Source of the DNA: Bdellovibrionota bacterium
Lineage (GTDB): Bacteria; Bdellovibrionota_C; UBA2361; JBGSMV01
Direction: 5' to 3'
Assembly: GCA_044356455.1 (NCBI GenBank)
Contig: JBIKWF010000001.1
Span: 32,001-96,000 of the forward strand
DNA: 64,000 nt
Under the pieces are notes generated by a model. That model had not been told where the DNA came from and made no database searches. It was given only the letters and a program-made list of their open reading frames with translations. Positions within the stretch are counted from its first letter, which is position 1, and the number at the start of each line of letters is the position of its first letter. The position numbers and the translations under genes are program-made. Of the stretch, positions 59,501-64,000 are shown piece after piece.

Positions 59501-61772
59501 CGGTGGCTGGGGTGGCTCTACTGCCCCCAAGTACGTCTTTGAGAGCGTGCAGGGTAGGAACTCTCCCCTTCAGCGGAGAGACTGCCAGAGGCTGATAGTC
59601 GCCTGACGCCCAGTTCACTACCTGCGGCGGTCCGGTGCTTATGTCCTCTCCAAAGCTGTACGTGCCATAGGAGGTAACATCGACAAAGTGGTTGTGATTC
59701 CAGTTGATGGTTGCAATGTCCGCGAGGGTTGGTTTGTCTGGATTGCCCGAGTTAAGGTCCACCGTTACCGCGCTCAGCAGATTTCCCTCAAAGACTACAT
59801 TGGTATACCCGTCGGCTCGAAAAAAGAGCGTTTGGTCAAACGTATTGTTAATAAAAAGTACGTGGTTGCAGTCGGTGTTAATCTGGGACGTAAAATTTGA
59901 GGGAACCTTTCTGATGAGCACATTGACAAAGGCAGAGTTGTTAATTTTCTCACCTGCTGCAAGTGCGGCAATGAATATGCCTTGGCTCTCTACGTCGTGA
60001 GCGTACATTCCGTACAGGATGTGATTGTCCATGCCGGCGTTGGGGCGGTAGATCTGATACAAGTCGGGATGTGCTCCTGTGTCTGCGGCGTCTACGTCTG
60101 TCGCTTGTACGCTCAGCACGACTTGCGAGCCGGAGAAAAAATCAGACTTAATCTTTGAGACAGTAGTGTTCGCGATAAGAATTGAGTCAACGGGGCCATC
60201 TGCGGTGTCAGTCCATTCGGTGTCCGTGACATACAGCAGCGTCTTCATGAAGACGTTGGCGCCGCCGGTGGGCCCATAGCGGCCATTTTGCGCGCTCACG
60301 TGGGCGCCACTGAGCCAAATAAGCGGGCGTAGGGAGTTTGAACCAATCGAAAACAGTCCGTTTGCGTTAGTTACGAGCGAGACATTCTGCAATTTTATGC
60401 GGGCCAGAAACACGCTGTCGTGGGGCTGGTACTGCGCCTCGCCATCGACGCCGCGTAGAAGCACGGCAGTCTCAGGTACTCCTGGTGCAGCCGCAATGGT
60501 TAAAAAACGCTCGTCAGCTTTTGAAGATGCAAGTGCGTAGGGATACTCTCCAGGGAGACAGTAAATGGTGCTGCCGTCGAGCGTGCCGTACTGAGCGGTA
60601 AGCTGAGCGGCTGCGGCTTTCAGGGTCCGAAAAGGGTTCTGCAGAGTTCCGTCTCCTGACGAATCGGACCCCAGTCCCGAGACGTAGGCGGGTGTTCGAG
60701 AATAGCTCCCTCCCGCGTTGGTCCAGATGAAAAGTGAGTATACGCCGTTCGTGGCGGGTGCTGCGCCAAGGTTGGGCTGCGCATTGGGAAGAGGTGCCTG
60801 GTAATTTCCCGCAAGAAGCCTTGGAATGCCAGCATTGCGGGGAATAGCCAGCGCCCGAACCTCAACCTTGCTATCGGGGAAGTCGCTCGCGCGCAGCGTT
60901 ACCCAGTATTCACTCACTTCATTAGAGGGATTTACGGTCGGATGATCCACGGCTACCCAAGGACCGCCGTTCGCCGAAAAGAGCACCTTTGCGATACCGT
61001 TGCGATGAAATGCCACGACACCAATAGGAAGTTCGTTGTTCACTACTTGAAAGGGCACGCTGCTCCAGCGTGCAATCGCGAGTGCTTCGTAGCCCACGTC
61101 TCCAGGATTGCCAATTGGGGCAGGGGCTTCGATAGTTTCGGGGAATCCATCTCCTCCCATCAGATAAGAAGAAGTGACGACGGGAATTGGGGTTGGCGTC
61201 GCCGCAGGTAGAGTGGGGGTTGCGGTAGGTGCGGCGCCCGAGGTCGGTGTGGGGGGAGTGAGCTGATTTTCTTCTTTTTTCTCATCAGGCGCCTCGGGCT
61301 GCTGAGGGTCCTCCGAGGGGGGCGTGACGAGTTCCGTTGGTGGCGGCGTTGGTGAAACGGTTGGCGGCAGCTCATCTCCTGGGCCAGCAAGATCTTCGAT
61401 TACTACGCTGCGCGTAAATCGACTTATAATTCGACTATCTTTCGCCTTCCCTCGGAGTTTGGTGCCGCGGGAGAGCGTGCGGAATCGGTAGTGGCCTGCC
61501 TCGAGGGTCTGGGGAGGAATCTTGTAGCGAAGTACCTGCTTCCTTAGGTCGACGCGTTTGACACGTGTCCATTCTCCTCCCTCAGAGCGATACATTTCAA
61601 TAGAATGACGAGCGGAGGGTATTTGAGCTACCTCTCGCAGCAGTCGAACCACGATGGCGCCACTTGACTCAATCTCAATGCGAGGAGGCGCAACCCTTGT
61701 GTCGGCCAGAAGCGGCTGTGAAAGCGAGCAGAGAAGCGCGAATAATAGTGAGACAAGACGACTAGGCGTCAT
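59472..61772 (-). CDS. Large secreted protein: N-terminal domain, Pro/Thr-rich linker, predicted right-handed beta-helix domain
   Basis: Signal peptide; PTATPT linker; YVSGLGSDSSGDGTLQNPFRTLKAA cap motif; HPDLYQ; NNTF; C-terminal IGAIE. Confidence 0.8.
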   Translation of the reverse strand: MTPSRLVSLLFALLCSLSQPLLADTRVAPPRIEIESSGAIVVRLLREVAQIPSARHSIEMYRSEGGEWTRVKRVDLRKQVLRYKIPPQTLEAGHYRFRTLSRGTKLRGKAKDSRIISRFTRSVVIEDLAGPGDELPPTVSPTPPPTELVTPPSEDPQQPEAPDEKKEENQLTPPTPTSGAAPTATPTLPAATPTPIPVVTSSYLMGGDGFPETIEAPAPIGNPGDVGYEALAIARWSSVPFQVVNNELPIGVVAFHRNGIAKVLFSANGGPWVAVDHPTVNPSNEVSEYWVTLRASDFPDSKVEVRALAIPRNAGIPRLLAGNYQAPLPNAQPNLGAAPATNGVYSLFIWTNAGGSYSRTPAYVSGLGSDSSGDGTLQNPFRTLKAAAAQLTAQYGTLDGSTIYCLPGEYPYALASSKADERFLTIAAAPGVPETAVLLRGVDGEAQYQPHDSVFLARIKLQNVSLVTNANGLFSIGSNSLRPLIWLSGAHVSAQNGRYGPTGGANVFMKTLLYVTDTEWTDTADGPVDSILIANTTVSKIKSDFFSGSQVVLSVQATDVDAADTGAHPDLYQIYRPNAGMDNHILYGMYAHDVESQGIFIAALAAGEKINNSAFVNVLIRKVPSNFTSQINTDCNHVLFINNTFDQTLFFRADGYTNVVFEGNLLSAVTVDLNSGNPDKPTLADIATINWNHNHFVDVTSYGTYSFGEDISTGPPQVVNWASGDYQPLAVSPLKGRVPTLHALKDVLGGSRATPATAIGAIEALE

Positions 61773-61835
61773 GGTTGACCTTTTAGTAGGTCACGCAAGT
61801 CACGGTTCTCAAACTGGTCCCCCATAGACAACTCA

Positions 61836-61851
61836 AGCAATGAGTGTGCCA
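61836..61851 (-). promoter_or_regulatory. Sigma54 -24/-12 promoter
   Basis: TGGCACACTCATTGCT (GG-N10-GC), 64 bp upstream of the 61772 start. Confidence 0.75.
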
Positions 61852-62156
61852 TCGGATCTTGGTCACCTCGCCTTTATGGTTCCCGGTTAAATCGTTCCTT
61901 TACGCACCAAAGGAGTACGAATCTCTCGTAGGAGTGAGTTGGGTAGCAATTGATCAAGCTATTCCGGCAATAATGCTCCGCTAACGCCCGGCCGCATTCA
62001 ACAAATTGCGCTGGCCGGAGCCTGCCTTGTTTCGCCGCAGCACAGCTTTTGCCTAGGGGGAGGTTGCTTTTCCACCTTGTGAACGAAGAATTTACGAGGG
62101 GTGGGTGGGCAGCAGGAGAACACAAGGTATGCACGCTGGTGCGTACTTCGCGCTTC

Positions 62157-63176
62157 TCAGGGCGTATTTGCTTCAACAGGCGGCTCGGGGATAAGTGAGG
62201 AGGCGAGAATACCTGCAGTCAACGCGCCGACGATCACCACCATCGACCAAAGGGTAGGGATATGAAAGAAGCCCGCTATCATCATCTTCATGCCGATAAA
62301 AAAGAGCACCCCAACCAGGGCTACCTTAAGGAAACGAAAGCGCGAGATCAGAGAGGCCAGGGCAAAATACAGAGACCGCAGGTTTAAGATAGCGAAAACA
62401 TTTGAGGTAAAGACGAGAAAGGGATCGCTCGTAATGGCGAATACGGCGGGAATTGAGTCAAAGGCAAACAGCAGATCCGTACTTTCTATGACCACAAGTA
62501 CCAGAAAAAGGGGGGTGGCGAGTCGCTTGCCACTACGGATGGTAAAAAATTTCTCGCCATCTAGTTCGCTCGTGGTGGGCACAAAGCGTGTAACTAGTTT
62601 GTAGAGACGGCTCGTTGAGGGATCGAAGCTTTCCTCTTTTACCACCAATAGCTTGGCCGCCGCATACAGGAGCAAGGCTCCAAATAAATAATTCACCCAG
62701 CTAAAATTTGCTATGAGCGTGGCTCCAATACCAATCATAACGCCGCGCATGACAAGCGCGCCCAAAATGCCCCAGAAAAGAACGCGGTGCTGATGCTGGA
62801 GGGGGATTTGGAAGAAAGAGAAGATGATGGCGATTACAAAAATGTTATCTATGCTGAGGGACTGCTCCACAATCCACGCGGTGAGGAACTGCATTGCAGC
62901 CTCTGCTCCAGAGCTGGGAAGCGCACCGAGGCCTCCTGCCGCGGCTTCGGAAAGGCCTCCCGAGGCTCGAAGCTGGGCTACGGATCCCATCCAGCCGTAT
63001 TCGTATAAAAAATAGACCAGGCCACTAAAGAGAACTGCAAGAACGCAGCAGAATCCTGACCAGCGCAGAGCTTCCGAGGAACTCATGACGCGCGCCTTAG
63101 ACCGAAGCAGGCCAAGGTCCACGGCAAGCATACCAAGAACAAAGACGATAAATCCGCACCAGAAGAGAAAATGCAT
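62157..63176 (-). CDS. TerC/Alx-family membrane protein
   Basis: EQSLSIDNIFV, QHRVLFWGILGA, DLLFAFDSIPA, VFTSNVFAIL. Confidence 0.94.
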   Translation of the reverse strand: MHFLFWCGFIVFVLGMLAVDLGLLRSKARVMSSSEALRWSGFCCVLAVLFSGLVYFLYEYGWMGSVAQLRASGGLSEAAAGGLGALPSSGAEAAMQFLTAWIVEQSLSIDNIFVIAIIFSFFQIPLQHQHRVLFWGILGALVMRGVMIGIGATLIANFSWVNYLFGALLLYAAAKLLVVKEESFDPSTSRLYKLVTRFVPTTSELDGEKFFTIRSGKRLATPLFLVLVVIESTDLLFAFDSIPAVFAITSDPFLVFTSNVFAILNLRSLYFALASLISRFRFLKVALVGVLFFIGMKMMIAGFFHIPTLWSMVVIVGALTAGILASSLIPEPPVEANTP

Positions 63177-63251
63177 ACACCCAATCTAGAAAAACAAACA
63201 TTACAATAACAAGAGCGCTAAGGGGGAAAGGCTGGGAGTTCGGTAAAAAAC

Positions 63252-63293
63252 AACCACTAAGACCACAGTGACCACTAAGACCACAGTGACCAC
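63252..63293. repeat. 9-nt periodic repeat (ACCACTAAG/ACCACAGTG)
   Basis: ACCACTAAG ACCACAGTG ACCACTAAG ACCACAGTG ACCAC; similar runs at 8145-8185 and 63989-64000 (reverse). Confidence 0.8.
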
Positions 63294-63310
63294 AAAGAAA
63301 GGGGAACGCT

Positions 63311-63877
63311 TCATTTCCCTGCAGGTAATTCAGAGCTTGCGGTGTTCCTAGGAGAGGCCTTTTCCACGCTTGCTCCGCTATCCTCCTTGAGAGTGAGCTC
63401 CTTGGCGAGCCTGTCGAGCATACTCTCATAAAGCAGCGGGTCCCTGTCGCGGTAGCGACCCAGAAACTCTATGGCCTCTGAAAGTTTGCCCTGTTCCTCG
63501 TACCACCTCGCGATACCGCGGAAGCGATCCGATACAAGGTATTCATCCACCTTGTTTTCCTCGGCGAGAGCATAGCTCTTTTCCGCCTCCTCAATAAGCC
63601 CTTGTCCGAGCTGAATGTCGCCAATGAGAATTAGATAAAAATAGGGATTCTCCCATTCAGGGCGCTTGGGAACTTTAAGGCGAAATGCCATGTGGGAGCG
63701 GTAGGCTTCAATCGCCTCCTGGTATTTACCCTCGCGACTAAGCTCCTCTGCACGTTCAAGAAAGCCATACTCGCCGCCTCGCCCTGAAAAGCATCCTGAG
63801 AGAAGCACCAGCACGAGGGCCGCGCATAGCCAAGGGCGAAGCCTCTTGAAAATCCTTGGGGCAAGACTCTGTCGCAT
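63311..63877 (-). CDS. TPR-containing lipoprotein
   Basis: Lipobox LLSGC; TPR-like helices (GKYQEAIEAY, GLIEEAEKSY, GKLSEAIEFL). Confidence 0.8.
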   Translation of the reverse strand: MRQSLAPRIFKRLRPWLCAALVLVLLSGCFSGRGGEYGFLERAEELSREGKYQEAIEAYRSHMAFRLKVPKRPEWENPYFYLILIGDIQLGQGLIEEAEKSYALAEENKVDEYLVSDRFRGIARWYEEQGKLSEAIEFLGRYRDRDPLLYESMLDRLAKELTLKEDSGASVEKASPRNTASSELPAGK

Positions 63878-64000
63878 AGCGAGAGATTCTCAGGTAACCG
63901 ATGGTGCTGCAACTGGTTCCAGGTTCCCGAATTGTTGATAGCTTCTCAGCGCTTCAACTTCAGAGAACGACGTACATTCTATCCCTCACTTAGTGGTCAC

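Noticed and set aside
61980..61991. Third copy of the family-2 element (GCTAACGCCCGG)
   Set aside because: Only a 12-nt match; the partner arm and the other hairpins are absent
63177..63310. yybP-ykoY Mn riboswitch upstream of the TerC/Alx gene (also checked 39454-39590)
   Set aside because: No AAGGGGAGTAG-like core seen on the coding strand; a covariance search would be needed to exclude it fully
63878..64000. Partial CDS at the window end
   Set aside because: All three minus-strand frames hit stops near the edge and no motif is recognisable

Overview
This is a bacterial chromosomal segment, mostly housekeeping genes. Gene content is compatible with a deltaproteobacteria/Bdellovibrionota-like lineage, but this cannot be proven from the window. 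It holds the end of a sigma54 enhancer-binding protein, a flagellin, thiL, yihY, an M16 peptidase pair, nadK-recN, an M23 peptidase, an SPFH pair, mdh-sdhCAB-sucCD, a hut cluster (hutH divergent from hutUIG), terC-creC-creB-tpiA-gap, tolQRAB-pal-cpoB-ribF-rluD-pgeF, a polyprenyl synthase, tRNA-Glu(TTC), queG and several secreted or lipoprotein unknowns. I found no transposase, integrase, phage, CRISPR or defence genes. The most notable signals are: (1) a flagellin whose variable region is replaced by exactly seven FG-GAP/integrin-like Ca2+-binding repeats (predicted 7-bladed beta-propeller); (2) a 230-250 nt multi-hairpin intergenic element present twice (12076-12304, 56618-56870) with about 9 compensatory base-pair changes, i.e. 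a candidate structured RNA/ssDNA element; (3) a family of 120-135 bp MITE-like palindromes with GGAACCTCTGAAAAAC ends and mostly YTAR 4-bp flanks, which often overlap the upstream stop codon; (4) a 199-bp GTAG-REP tandem array; (5) an orphan FliG C-terminal-only protein, an atypical HutH coupled to a secreted repeat protein, a candidate sRNA and a sigma54-driven secreted beta-helix protein. All calls come from motif recognition by eye; no database searches were run.
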